Assembly (NCBI GenBank): GCA_951406725.2
Contig: OX597828.1
Coordinates: 7,006,001-7,070,000, forward strand
Source of the DNA: Octopus vulgaris
Lineage: Eukaryota
Reading direction: 5' to 3'
DNA length: 64,000 nt
Shown: one piece after another, positions 52,301 through 64,000 of the stretch
Numbering within the stretch: the first letter of the stretch is position 1
Layout: the number at the start of each line of letters is the position of its first letter
Notes under the pieces: generated by a model
Seen by the model: the letters and a program-made list of their open reading frames with translations, nothing else
Told to the model about the DNA's origin: nothing
Databases searched by the model: none
Position numbers and translations under genes: made by a program

Positions 52301-55300
52301 TATGTAAAGAATTATATATGTTGTATGAATAGGGGACACGGGCAGCTGTTACCTTTCTCTGAAATGTTACAAAATGGGCAGATTGCATACTGGGTGAAGT
52401 GTCATTAATTTGGAAATAATTCATATTGATATCACCAGACAAGTAGTTTGAGAAGGCAATGAGAAACCGGATATATTCCTATCAATATAGCAAGCTTGTG
52501 TCATACTGTCAATACAGTTACTGTCCTCACTATCAATACACTCATTCTCAATATTGTAGTTTCCAATGACTATCTCTTTGAATTAGCTAGGAATCTTTCT
52601 TTGAGTAAGAGCTGTTAATTGCTTCCAGCAAATAACCAAATAAAAGATTCATAGTCTTAGATATCTTAACATACCTGATAATGAGAGAAATATCTGCCAA
52701 CAAGTACGTTAACTGAGGCTTAGGGAGATATCTGCCAACAACTAGGTGAACTGAGGCTTGTAACTTAAACTACCAGTCAATATTGCCAATAGTGGATTTT
52801 AAATGCCATATTTAACTGGCCATTTCACTGTTGCATTATGTGTATAATTCCTCATGTAAGAAGTGCTAGCTGTTATGTTATTCATACATGCAATATATTC
52901 ATTAGATCAATCATTCACACATCTAGAATCTTTCATTCAACCATGCAGCAAACTCAAGTGTTATAGTTGTAATAGCCAAAAGGTCAAGCTGATGGGTCTT
53001 TCAGCCAAAACAGAGATAACATTTTGGTATGATGGCAGGAAACAGAGAGTGTGATAGTAGATATTGCCTAATTATGCACAGAGTTGCATAAAACGAAGTC
53101 AGCTGAGACAAGTAGCTAACAACAGCTGCAGGCAGCAGCTCAACACAGCTGCCTTGCCTGCCTGCATGCATGCACATGCATCAGCTATCCAACAGCTGTC
53201 TGCATGCACATCAGCTGCAAATAGCAATGTAATTCTGCCAACATATAACAGCAACATACATAACTAAAAGCAGCCTATATGTTAATTGTGTACATGCAAA
53301 ATTAGGTGCATGAATTTTTACCTGACAAGAAAGCAAGTCATTGACTATAATGCATATTTTTAATACAGCACCCTAAACAAAAATAACTACGGTTCCAATA
53401 CACACAGAAAATGTTTTTGTCCGCTGCTCACGATAGGGTTTTTAGTGAACCACTCTATTTAGCACCTTTTATACCCTGACTGAACAGGCTATGAATTAAT
53501 TGAATTCCAATAACGACTACTCCAATTATTCTGACTACGTCTTGAACATTACCCAACATGTCTAGTCTTAAGAAAAAGGATTTGAAAACAGTTGGCTGCT
53601 ACTGAACTAGCAGTTCAAGCAACTGAATTAGAGACTTGTTGGCTTAGTTTTACAGCTAGATGTCTAGAGTCTCTCCATGTAACATACTGCACAAGTGGAA
53701 CAGACAAACTCCAAGGGTACAATAGTGGCTTAACTTATTACCACATGGTGGTCAGTAATGGAGCATCTAACTAATATGCAGTATTAGTGTAAGGAATACA
53801 AATGCTGTGGAGCTGAAGTACCCAGGTAACCAAGGCTTATATTTTAAGTGTTTGACATTCAATTTATCTTCTGCTTAAAAAAAAAAAAAACTCAAGTGGC
53901 AGGCAATTTTCACTTGGCTCCTGATAACATAATGGCATCAGTTTTGGTTTAATAAAGTCAGTGTAAGTGAAAAATGTGAAGTTTCTCTAATCCTTAAACA
54001 CCAGTTTCTTATTTAACGCCAAACCAATAAATTTGCAGGATACATGAAGCAGCAAGCAAAATAAAAATTCTCAGAATGTGCAACATGAAGTTAATTGGTT
54101 TATCATGCCAAGATTAAATCCTTACACAAAAACAGAAAAGTAGTTACATGCTGATTATTTTTAGAGACAGTTGTTTTATACTAATTAAAGACATTGGCTA
54201 CTCTTAGATTTATTTTAATCCATAATTTTAACATGACAAATTAAAAGTTTGCAAACACACCTGCATGAGACTTAAAAAAAAAAAAAAACAGCACAAAAAA
54301 AAGGTAATAAATTCAGTTTCAAGAAGTGCTATTGTACCGTTGCAACTAGTTCTTCAAGTTAACAGATGCTTCAATTTTCAGATATAACAATGTATTAAAG
54401 ACAATGAAATAATTCTTTTTCACCATGACTGTTCCAATAATTTTTCTTTATTTCGTTTTGTTGAACAGTTGGCTTAAGAGCACCACACAAGCATAGTATC
54501 AAAAAGTGTGGAAAACCAAAATGCTAATTGTGAAGTATGTCAGAACCAATTTACCGTTTTTTTTTTTTTCTCTTAAAGTACATATACCTTATCTTTTCCC
54601 TTACATATTAAAAAAAAACAAAAAAAAAAAACAGGATGACAAGAGTGCAGTGGGGGTAGGGGGAAATCTGAATAAGTTTCTTCAGAAATAAGACATTGAA
54701 CAAAAAGGAAAATGATAAAGGAGAGAATGGCTAGTAGTTTAAACACTAAAACATTTTAGCTTTGAATTATTCTACGTCTAAGATTGCTGAAGAAATTTAT
54801 CTACAACACCACTGACACTCAGGCAAAAAAAAAAAAATCCACATTTGTGACATATTTAAAATTTGTAACAGTGTCTTGGTGCCATTCTAATATTTCAAGT
54901 AAAGACAAAAATGAGACAGAAAAAGAATGAAAAGAAAAACAAGATTCTTTTTTCAACAGTTAATAGTCTTTGCAATGTTCCTCAGTATTGGTAAGATAGT
55001 TCCCTGATGGAAGTAAATTCAATTTTACAGCCAAATGCACTTAAATTGGAAAAGTGGGATAAAGACAAAACAGAAGAGAAAATTCAAGTCACTGAAGCAA
55101 ACAAAAAGAATCAAAATCTGCCTTACTGCTTCCTTGACCTACAGCTCTGCAGGAACAAATAGATTTAGCAGAGTTCAAATCTCTTACATTGTCAGTAGCA
55201 GAAATATAAATACTGTTCTAGTTCTTAAAGTTTCAAATTCCTCAAACGCTGTAACTAAAAATAAGCAAAACTAAAACCAGATATTTGGGCTGATGAGAGG

Positions 55301-57859
55301 TTAAAAAAAGATACTCCTCAACCCAATAGAAAAAGGCAAATTCGATATAGATTTAGATAATGTCAAATTTAGATTCAGTGGTATGGCCATGACTGGAATA
55401 CATTTAATTATGTTTGCTAAATTACAGCTGGCTTTAGGATGAGCAACAACAAAAAACTGCTTTATCTTGTATTTTAAGTGAGTAAAACTTATTTGACCAA
55501 TTCTTAGATATCAAGTAAGATTCTAAATTTAATTTTTTTAAACCCACAACACAAGCCTAACAGACAAGATCTATGTTCCTATTGGGGAATTAAACTGATG
55601 GGGGAAACTTTGGATTTAAAAGATTCTCCAAATTACACCCACAAAGCATTGGTTGGCCAAAGGATTTAGCAGAAGGCACTTGCCAAAGATACCACACAAT
55701 AGGACCAACTCAAAACAGGAAGCTCTAAACTTGACAGTGTTACCATTGTAATGTATACCAGTTATACGTGAAAGAGTAAATTTTATGCACACCTATTGTA
55801 TAGGTATTACATGTGACTAAAGTAGTAAGTACAGATTATATTAAGAAAGGAAATACTTCAAAACCAGAAGGAAAGTGAAAGGTCAGCTAGTGTTCTTGAT
55901 GAACCATCAGTTTCACTGAACATTCAGTTCTTTGGAATACTCAACCACTTGCATGTTAATGTAATGAGTAGCTAGTTATTGATCAAAGACACCTGGCCAA
56001 ATCATCATGATACAAAACACAAGGATGGACCTGAGTTACTGGTACACACCGTCCAATGAGCTTCAATACATTCCCATCTGCTCAATTTCCCCTCACAAAG
56101 CTTGAATCAACCCTAGAGTATGGTAAAAGACACTTGACAGAAATATCACACAGATCAAACACAGCACACTATAATTATGAAGGCAAACTTCTTAACTAGC
56201 GAGCCATGTCTATGCCCACAAGTTCACTAGTAAATGCCAAGATTTAGAGCGATAAAAAGATATTAACTCCAGATTGCATTTAGCCACTGATATAGCACCA
56301 TAGAGGTGTACATCAATGGCTAACCAAGAACATAGATATTACTTTGAAAGGCATCTATTATGAAAGCATTCACTTTCCTAGTAGTCAGCCAATTTTTAGA
56401 ATTGCCTTGGATGGTTCTAGATTAAACAGACAAGATCTGTGCATCTTACTGGTAATTGGTTAAAGAAGAGAAAAAAGTTATTAAATAAGATTTTTTTTTT
56501 TCCTTTCCTTTCCTTTCTGCCAACTTCATATCTTTCGAGAAACTGATGAAATCAATTAGCTTCCTTGACGAAATATTTAAAGAATACATTAACAGAACAG
56601 ATCTAAGAAAGTTGATTCAAGGTGGCACATGTAGCAGAATACTGCCATACTGTTTTGCTAAAAAGAACAAGTGAAGCAATAAATTTCATTTCTAGTTTTA
56701 ATATAGTTCTTGTTTTTTATCTCCATGTTAGTTTTGAAGAGGAAAACCTATGATCAAAGATGGTTTGGTCACGACCATTCCATATTTTTTTTTTTTATTT
56801 TCCTTTAGGCACAGAGCATCTAAGATTATGATAAACAATGTGTCCTTCCCATTAACATAGTAGCATGTAATTCAGAGATTGGTTGCTATTTCTGGATTGG
56901 TGAGCCTACATTGGCTCATGAAATTTTCATTACTAGTATTTTATAAAAGGCTCGCCAATGATTAACTAGTTATATTAAATGGACCCAAAATTCAACATCA
57001 TGAGGACAATCGTATCACTCCTACTGTTGAGCAGGCAAGTCTGCTTCACAATCATGAGGTTGTGAGTTCAATCCGACTGCATTGTCTTTTACTATAGCCC
57101 AGAGTTGTTCCAATGAAATTTGACAGAAATAATTTGGAAACCTGTTAAATGGATTACACCTGCAATATATATATAGCTCCAGCCATTTTCACTATCACAT
57201 TCATAAACATCTGTGAAATGTTCATGCACTTACTAATTCAATGTGCAAGTAATTCAGTTGATTGTACAACTAAATATTCATTGCTGAAGCCCAGTGGAGC
57301 TCTATCATACATATAAATATACACACATTCCTCAGTTACAGATTCATATGTTCTACCCAAGGGACAAAAGAATCAATTCAATACTGAGGGAACTATTAGG
57401 TTCCCTCAGTATAAATTACTTAAGAACTAGATGGATATCAAAATAATAAGGCATGAAACAGCTTCAACTAGACTGGTTAATGTAGGAAACAGCTTTACAA
57501 GAACAAACGCATTAATATTATATATCCTCATGATCAAAGAGGATCCCCATGAGCTTTAACCAGTCTTGCCGTTACCTTGTGATGCTGCTATTAAAAATTA
57601 ATAGCAATATTGCATCTGAATGAAAATCATTACAAGACCAATGCTTCAGATATATCAGATCATTTTTGGCCTGCAGCCTTCAAGAACATTATCTCCAATA
57701 TTCTTTGCTACTAGGTCAACTTTGACTAATCCTTATGAAAGGCAAAGAAAGAATCTGACAAAATAGAGAAATCAATATAACCAAATCCATAAAGGGAACA
57801 GCTTAATGATTGGATCCAACACACACCTTTTGCCTTTCAATTTCTCCCCAATTTTACTG

Positions 57860-58500
57860 AATTTTATCTAATGTTCTACTGCTACAGTTATCTTGCTAGA
57901 CACCAGCAAATATCTGACACCTAGTCAGGAAACAAAATTCAATAGATAAAAATATCTTGAGAGCCCATCGTACTTCAGTAAACTCTGATCCCAAATTCTA
58001 GCATAGATTTGTGAGTAGACAGCTTTCCACAAGGTAACGTAATGAAGTTGATAACTATAACTGCATTTTACATTGCATCAATGTTTCTTTTATACAGACA
58101 CAAATGTCTCTCCATGAATGATGCAATGAGTGAATGTAGGAGGTGTATCACTTGCAGGTTTAACTTTAGCATCAAGTCCTGTTTTTCTCATCACTGGTGC
58201 TGTGCCATCAACACATACACAAACAATTCTGTTATTCAAGACACACTTCCTTGAGGACAACAACACCTGTTTGTGCATCCATCTAATGATTGACAAAACT
58301 AAGTCTTCATTAACAGTACCTGACAAACACCAGTGTTTAACCAACAAAAAACTATTTAAAAAGTCAATCACTCAATCCAGCTCCAGAATTTATTTCTTAG
58401 GTCTTTCCATTTGTAACTTTAAATTTTAACTGTCTATGTTCTTTGTAGGCATTATATAAATTTTTACACGTAATTTACAGGAGTTTAGAAACTGTATGCA
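57860..58500 (-). mobile_element. Decayed hAT (Buster/Charlie/ZBED5-like) transposase fragment
   Basis: IVCVCVDGTAPVMRKTGLDAKVK...FTHCIIHGETFV matches the DGAxAM..G..HCxxHRExL motif; boundaries approximate. Confidence 0.8.
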
Positions 58501-59005
58501 ACTGGCAAATTTATAAAAAAGAATTTGAAACCCTGTTCATGAAATTGGGATCTAACTAAAACCTTTAACCCATGCAACATGCAATTAAAAATGACTGCCA
58601 AGCATAGAAATACACTATATTATTAATTTGACTAAGTCATGCAAACACGTGGAGCAGGCATGATAAAGAAGGAAGATAACACTAAAGAAATTTGAAACAA
58701 CTTTTAAGAAATGTACTATACAGAATTAGGAATTCTTTCAGCAGTGAAAAGTAGGTCATCAGAATGATAGAGTGGCATATAAACAGAAATAGATTAGGGA
58801 TTAAAATGCATGGATTAATAAACAGACCTTAATCTCACATCTGAAATTTAAGAACTTTCATTTCATCATCCCTATTAATCCAATGTGGTTGGGTGTGAAT
58901 GACAAATCATTAAGGAATGTTTTCCATATTGTATTTCCTTTTCTCTTCTGAAAATGTAGAAGGCATAGAAACCCCCCAGAAACACTGCCTATAACTGAAC
59001 TTTAA

Positions 59006-59735
59006 CCCTTTAGCATTTAAAACCAGCCATAACTAATCAAAATATTCTTGCTTTGTGTTCAAACTAGGCAGATGCAGCTTCCCACTCCTACACAATATCT
59101 CTGCAAAAATACGACTGACATCTCAAAGTTATTAGACAATCCTCGCTTAATTCAAAACAAGGAATGGAATAAGTATTACAATGAGCCTTAAGGAGGCAAT
59201 GACAAGTGACCAAGACCTTTGGCAATATGCTGTGCTTGAGAAGGATGATCCATCAAGCCAAGTGAACTCATAGTTGTGGCTAATGCTAGTGTCATGTAGA
59301 AAGTACCCTTTGAACATTGGGTCTCACAGAGGCAATAAGTAACCAAAGACCTTTGGCGGTATGCCGTGCTTGAGAAAAAAACCATCAAGCCAAGTGAAAT
59401 TGCAGTTGTGGCCGATGCTGGTGTCATGTGACTAGCATCCTTTGAACAGAGTCTCATGGAGGCAATAAGCAACTGAAACATTTGGCAACATGATGTGTGA
59501 GAGAAAACCCGTCAAGTAAAATTGTAGTTGTGGCTGGCGACAGTGGTATGTAAAAAGCATCCATTACACTCTTGGAGTGACTGGCATTAGGAAGGGAATC
59601 CAACTGTAGAAACCGTGTCAAATCAGATTGGAACCTAGTGCAGCTCTCCAGCTTCAGTCAAACCGTCCAACCCATGCCAGCATGTAAAGCAGATGCTAAA
59701 TGATGATTTAGCAGAGTAATCTGAATGCTAAAGGG
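59006..59735. mobile_element. piggyBac-like MITE (TTAA TSD, 12-bp TIR) with a nested insertion
   Basis: TTAA|CCCTTTAGCATT ... AATGCTAAAGGG|TTAA (TSDs 59002-59005 and 59736-59739). Confidence 0.88.
59185..59707 (+). mobile_element. RTE-like LINE 3' end with a triplicated ~133-bp unit, nested in the MITE
   Basis: Units start at 59193, 59329 and 59459; unit 1 reads EAMTSDQDLWQYAVLEK; tail ...CCATGCCAGCATG...TAAATGATGAT. Confidence 0.7.
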
Positions 59736-59794
59736 TTAAACCCAGTCTCACTGGACAGTGTTTAGTGCTAATAATTTCTTACGTAAGGGACAGA

Positions 59795-60075
59795 CATGGC
59801 TGCGTGGCCGAGAATCTTGCTTCCTAACTATGTGGTCTTGTGTTCAGCCTCACCGTGCAGCATATTGGGCAGGAGTCCAACTACAACCACAAGCTGTTGA
59901 AACCCTTGAGTGAATTTGGTAAGCAGAAACTGAAAGAACCCTTGTTTTGTATGTGTGCCAGTATGTATTCTTAATTTCACATCATGTGATGGCTATAAAT
60001 AAGTAAACAGGAAGTGCATCTGGAATTGTGTCAAATTCCATCCGACCCAATGCAAGCATGGAAAAGAGGAATTTA
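59795..60075 (+). mobile_element. Old SINE with family A-like head and RTE-like tail
   Basis: CATGGCTGCGTGG...GAAACTGAAAGAACCC, then CCGACCCAATGCAAGCATGGAAAAG. Confidence 0.6.
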
Positions 60076-62129
60076 AACAATGTTAATACAAGGTCGCAAT
60101 TTTCCAAGTATTTCACCGATACTTTACCTTTTGTCCTATCAGGATTGATAAAATATATTTTAACTAGGAGGTATTTCAACTTTGAAAGCATTTTGGCCAG
60201 CGCTCTATTTGTACTGCAAATTTATCACTATTAATAGTAACGATTGCTAACTAACAACAATCCAAGAAGGTTGTAATTAACCATGTGTTTGGCACTTTTG
60301 ACTCTAGAATTTGAAATACTATGTATATACAAAAAACATCAATTCTGAGCCATCTTTTGATCTGTTAAATACTGCTCTTGCTAAATTTCCCTGGGTAGAT
60401 CTAAAACCCTAAAATTTCCAGAGCAAGTTCTAACACCCTCCCAACTCCATCCTTCCTTTTAATTTCCTTGGCCTCAATTTTTATTTTACTTGCTGTACAC
60501 ATTTTCAAAATTCAGTGGCACACCTGAATTAAAAACGTAACTAATCGTATAGGGTGCACTAGTGTTCCATGGCATACCACTGATGTTGTCCAAAGCAAAG
60601 GTAAGGGCTGATAGAGCCTGATAGTTGTTGCAGAAAAAGAGCTGGAACAGCTGCTAACACCAGGTATTTCACATTGTCACAAAATATTTTATGGCATTTA
60701 AAAAAAAAATTTATTTGTTTAGTAACAATGAAGATTGCCTACAATTCAACTGTTTCATATAGCATACAAATAGGTTCTAGTTGAATGCCTTATAGTATAC
60801 CTTGGTTATAAGCTAACAACCATATTTTGTTGTAAAAGTAGGCATGTATAAATTTATACATTTGAATATGGAAATCACTGTTTCAGCTATGGAAAAAATA
60901 AAGATTCTCAGTAATTTTTCTTGTTGCAACAGGTTAAGAAATTAGAATAACTTGCAAGAATTCATATCTAGATTTTAGAAAAGGGGCCCTCTATCTCAGC
61001 ATGTCATAAGTGGGTAAAAGGGCTGGTGACAGGAAGGGAACCCAACCATAAAACACTGCCTAAAAAACAAACAAAAAAAACCCCACCATGCAAGCCATGG
61101 CAACAGGAGAGGGCATTAAAACCTTGTTGAAAAGAGGGATACTCTGAATGAGAGGAAGTAAATGCATGCTTTCTTGTTACGGGTTGTCATAAAATAGATT
61201 TGCATATTTAACTAATTATTTCCATGTTAGCAACACTTTCCAAGGTTATGAGCTTTTATGCATCATTTCTTTGATGCATTCAAAACAATTTATGCCTCGT
61301 AAAATCACAAATGCAAATGAATTATTTTAGTCTTTCAGCAAAGTATTTATATAACATCATCAGCTTCTATGTAATATCAGAGTTTTTGCACATAAAATTA
61401 ACATTTTAAAACTTGCCTGAACATTGCTTTATAAAATACTATTTTGTTTTAATATTGAGGAAATGATTCATAAGTTCCACTGATCCTATAAACCAACAAA
61501 AAAAAATGTAATGTAAAAAAAAAAAAAGTAATACACAATGAAATAATCTAATAAATACTATCAGTTTCTGAAATTCTAACCAGTCTTCAAAGAAGATGCA
61601 GATATTTTAAAAATAAATTTATCTCAGTAATAACACTGTATCTTGATGAAATGGAAGAGGCAACAGAAAATCAGATTTGCATGGAATTCCAAGATGCATT
61701 TTTGTCAATAGCTCGATAAATCAATTGTATGAGGTAATGAGGTTTTATCGAAGGCCTATGTGCATTTTGTTAAAGAAACGAAAATCTAAGAAAAATGCTT
61801 TGCAGTAAAATGTTAAATATAAAACGGACAAAATTTTCCAATTATTAAAAAAGTTACCTTGAAAAATATCCCCTTCTGCTTTGTATCTTACTACTATCTA
61901 TGACAAGTTGCCAAGCTTTCATTTGGGTATTCACCAAGGGAATACCCAATATAACTGCAATTCATAGAAATTATCAACAGGTTGTTTTCCGAAAAGCTTC
62001 AGTGTGTAACTAGTCTTCATGTTTAGTTTCAGTAAGGTTTTGGTTTTAAAAACAAAGCTTAGGCCTTATACACCAAGTAATTGTCATACTGTAACAGAAT
62101 ACTGAAAATCTGGAAGACCACATTACAAC

Positions 62130-62800
62130 ACTAAACCAAGAGACTTGTTCACAATATTTCTTTTAAAACATTACCATTGAATGAATATTTACAGATAAAT
62201 CCTAATGAACAAATTGCAAATGACAAAATGTTTTTATTTGTGGAAATGCAGCTTCACTGATATTTTTGACAAGATGTACAGACTGAATCTGCAACTGCAA
62301 GGGAAAGATTTTAATCTAACTGATGTGAAGACTGCACTCAAAAGCTTTATAAATAAAATTAAATTCCACAAGCAAAACCATGACAGAAGATAGCTCTGTC
62401 AATTCTTGTTTATGAAATGCATTTCACAATTCTTTACATATGATAATCTAAGTACCTGCAGTGCACATCTACAATATAAGAATGAGCCAAGAATTAATGA
62501 CTTGACTAAACTGAGGATTCCTGACTGAAGAAGAAAAGTTCATTTGTGGACAAAACAGAAGATGAAAAAATTACATTACAGGAGACCATCAGTGAGAAAA
62601 TGGTAAGTGAAGTAAAAATGCATGAAATGCAGTTGCAATGCAACATGAAATTTCCTCCATGTAATGAAGCCATGCTAGGTATTGTTTTTCCATTATCTTA
62701 TCAAGAGAAGAAAGATTTTAGCTAAGTAACCTAAATTTTAACCAAGAATGTCAATGTAAGTAGTGCAACAGAGATTTACAACTTTACCAATGGTGGAACC
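62130..62800 (+). mobile_element. Decayed hAT (Buster/GTF2IRD2-like) transposase C-terminal fragment
   Basis: FTDIFDKMYRLNLQLQGKDFNLTDVKTALKSFINKI matches the hAT DIFxKLNxLNLQLQG motif; boundaries approximate. Confidence 0.78.
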
Positions 62801-63019
62801 ATATACAAGACATGCTTACTCATCATTGGCTCTGCTATAGAAAACCTTTCGTGACTATGCATCTCTAGAAATGCTTTTAATTAAAGTTAAAAAAAAAACA
62901 AAAAAACCCCTGATGTTTGAAGTAATGTGAAATTTTCATTTGGATCAATTTAAATCAGGCAGTTTGTACCACAGAATCATTCTAACCAACAATTTGTGCC
63001 AATTACATTTTGAGGTCCA

Positions 63020-63352
63020 GATGTGGTTGTGCAGTTAAATTTACATTCTGACAAGGTTTTGGGTTCAGTCCCACTGTGTGGTACCTTGGGCAACTGTCAA
63101 TCTTTTGAGGGGATTTGTAGACAGAAAGTGAAAGCTTGTGTTTGCGTACATTCATGTACATGTCCTTGTGACAGCACGATAGTTGGGCAATGTCATTCAT
63201 TTCTAGTATTCAACAAAACCATGTCTGGCCATAGGGAAATATTACCTTGCTTGGAAACAAAGGACGGTGGCTGGAAGGGAATTTACAAAAAAAATCTTGC
63301 CTCAAACTCCATCTGACTGATGCAATAGAAAAGTAGGCATTAGACAATGATG
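63020..63352 (+). mobile_element. Old SINE with family A-like head and RTE-like tail
   Basis: GGGTTCAGTCCCACTGTGTGGTACCTTGGGCAA ... GGCTGGAAGGG ... ATGATGA. Confidence 0.65.
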
Positions 63353-64000
63353 AAAACTATAGTAGACTTCATTTCAATCATTACATAAAAGATGGGGAGG
63401 GCAGTAGTGTGTGCTTCAGATGGGACTGGCAACGGAAAGATTGGGTAACACTAGAATATTCTGCATAACATACCCTACAGATATTTCTAGCTATTAACTG
63501 AAAAGTAGATAGAAATATGGGAGGGGCATCTAGTTAATCCAGAATTTCCTTACACTAGAGCTGATAAGGCAATCATTTTTTTTAAATACTAGTGTTCTAT
63601 TACCAAAACAAACTCCTACACAAAAGTGATTAAATATCTTAAAACCCTATTAGCTTACTCACCATCACTTTACATCTCAGTAGGAGATTACTATGTATAT
63701 TATGTGTATTAGTAGTTTTAAATACTAATAAAATAGCCAACATCTAACACATTAGAAATTTAACTTTAATACAAAATGTTTTTAGAGAAACATAATTGCT
63801 ATAGTTTAATGAATGTAGTTTTATTATATTTGAATTAGTCTCAAATGGATTATGCTTATGACTATTTGATGTCCTATTATATTTATAGTTACTACATCAA
63901 GCTAAGCTGTGTGCTGTCCAGTTATGCTAAGTTAGCAAGGGCGAGATGCTCTAGGTAAATCTGAAGATTGTTTTAGCAACTGAGGTTATAAAACGGATGC

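Larger units (their letters stand above)
48778..64000 (-). other. MEX3 intron (upstream exon not found in window)
   Basis: Lies upstream of the acceptor at 48778. No sequence encoding the expected N-terminal KH1 part (VPVPSSEHVAEIVGRQ-like) appears in the ORF track; only TE relics are seen. Confidence 0.8.

Noticed and set aside
52690-52759. Two imperfect 32-bp direct repeats at 38-bp spacing
   Set aside because: Ordinary small tandem duplication with no further structure.

Overview
Eukaryotic, AT-rich, microsatellite-saturated genomic DNA. The SINE families and the (TA)n/(CA)n/(CAT)n density suggest a coleoid cephalopod, probably Octopus (inference from my recollection of octopus repeats; no search was run). 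One confident gene is present: the large last coding exon of a MEX3 RNA-binding E3 ligase (KH-KH-RING) on the minus strand (47339-48777). Its first exon is not visible, so the intron runs more than 15 kb past the window end. Almost all other ORFs in the track are translations of microsatellites. The left half (1 to ~32 kb) is CpG-retaining and packed with tRNA-derived SINEs of several families. It also holds an RTE LINE fragment, a MITE carrying (TTAGGG)4, a 987-bp near-identical duplication and one possible orphan exon. The right half is CpG-depleted and poor in intact elements, with hAT relics and a piggyBac-like MITE. The most interesting signal is a tRNA-headed SINE-like insertion (14338-14589) whose body carries a Penelope-type minimal hammerhead ribozyme fold. 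Two further degenerate hammerhead-like motifs lie at ~27.6 and ~28.25 kb.
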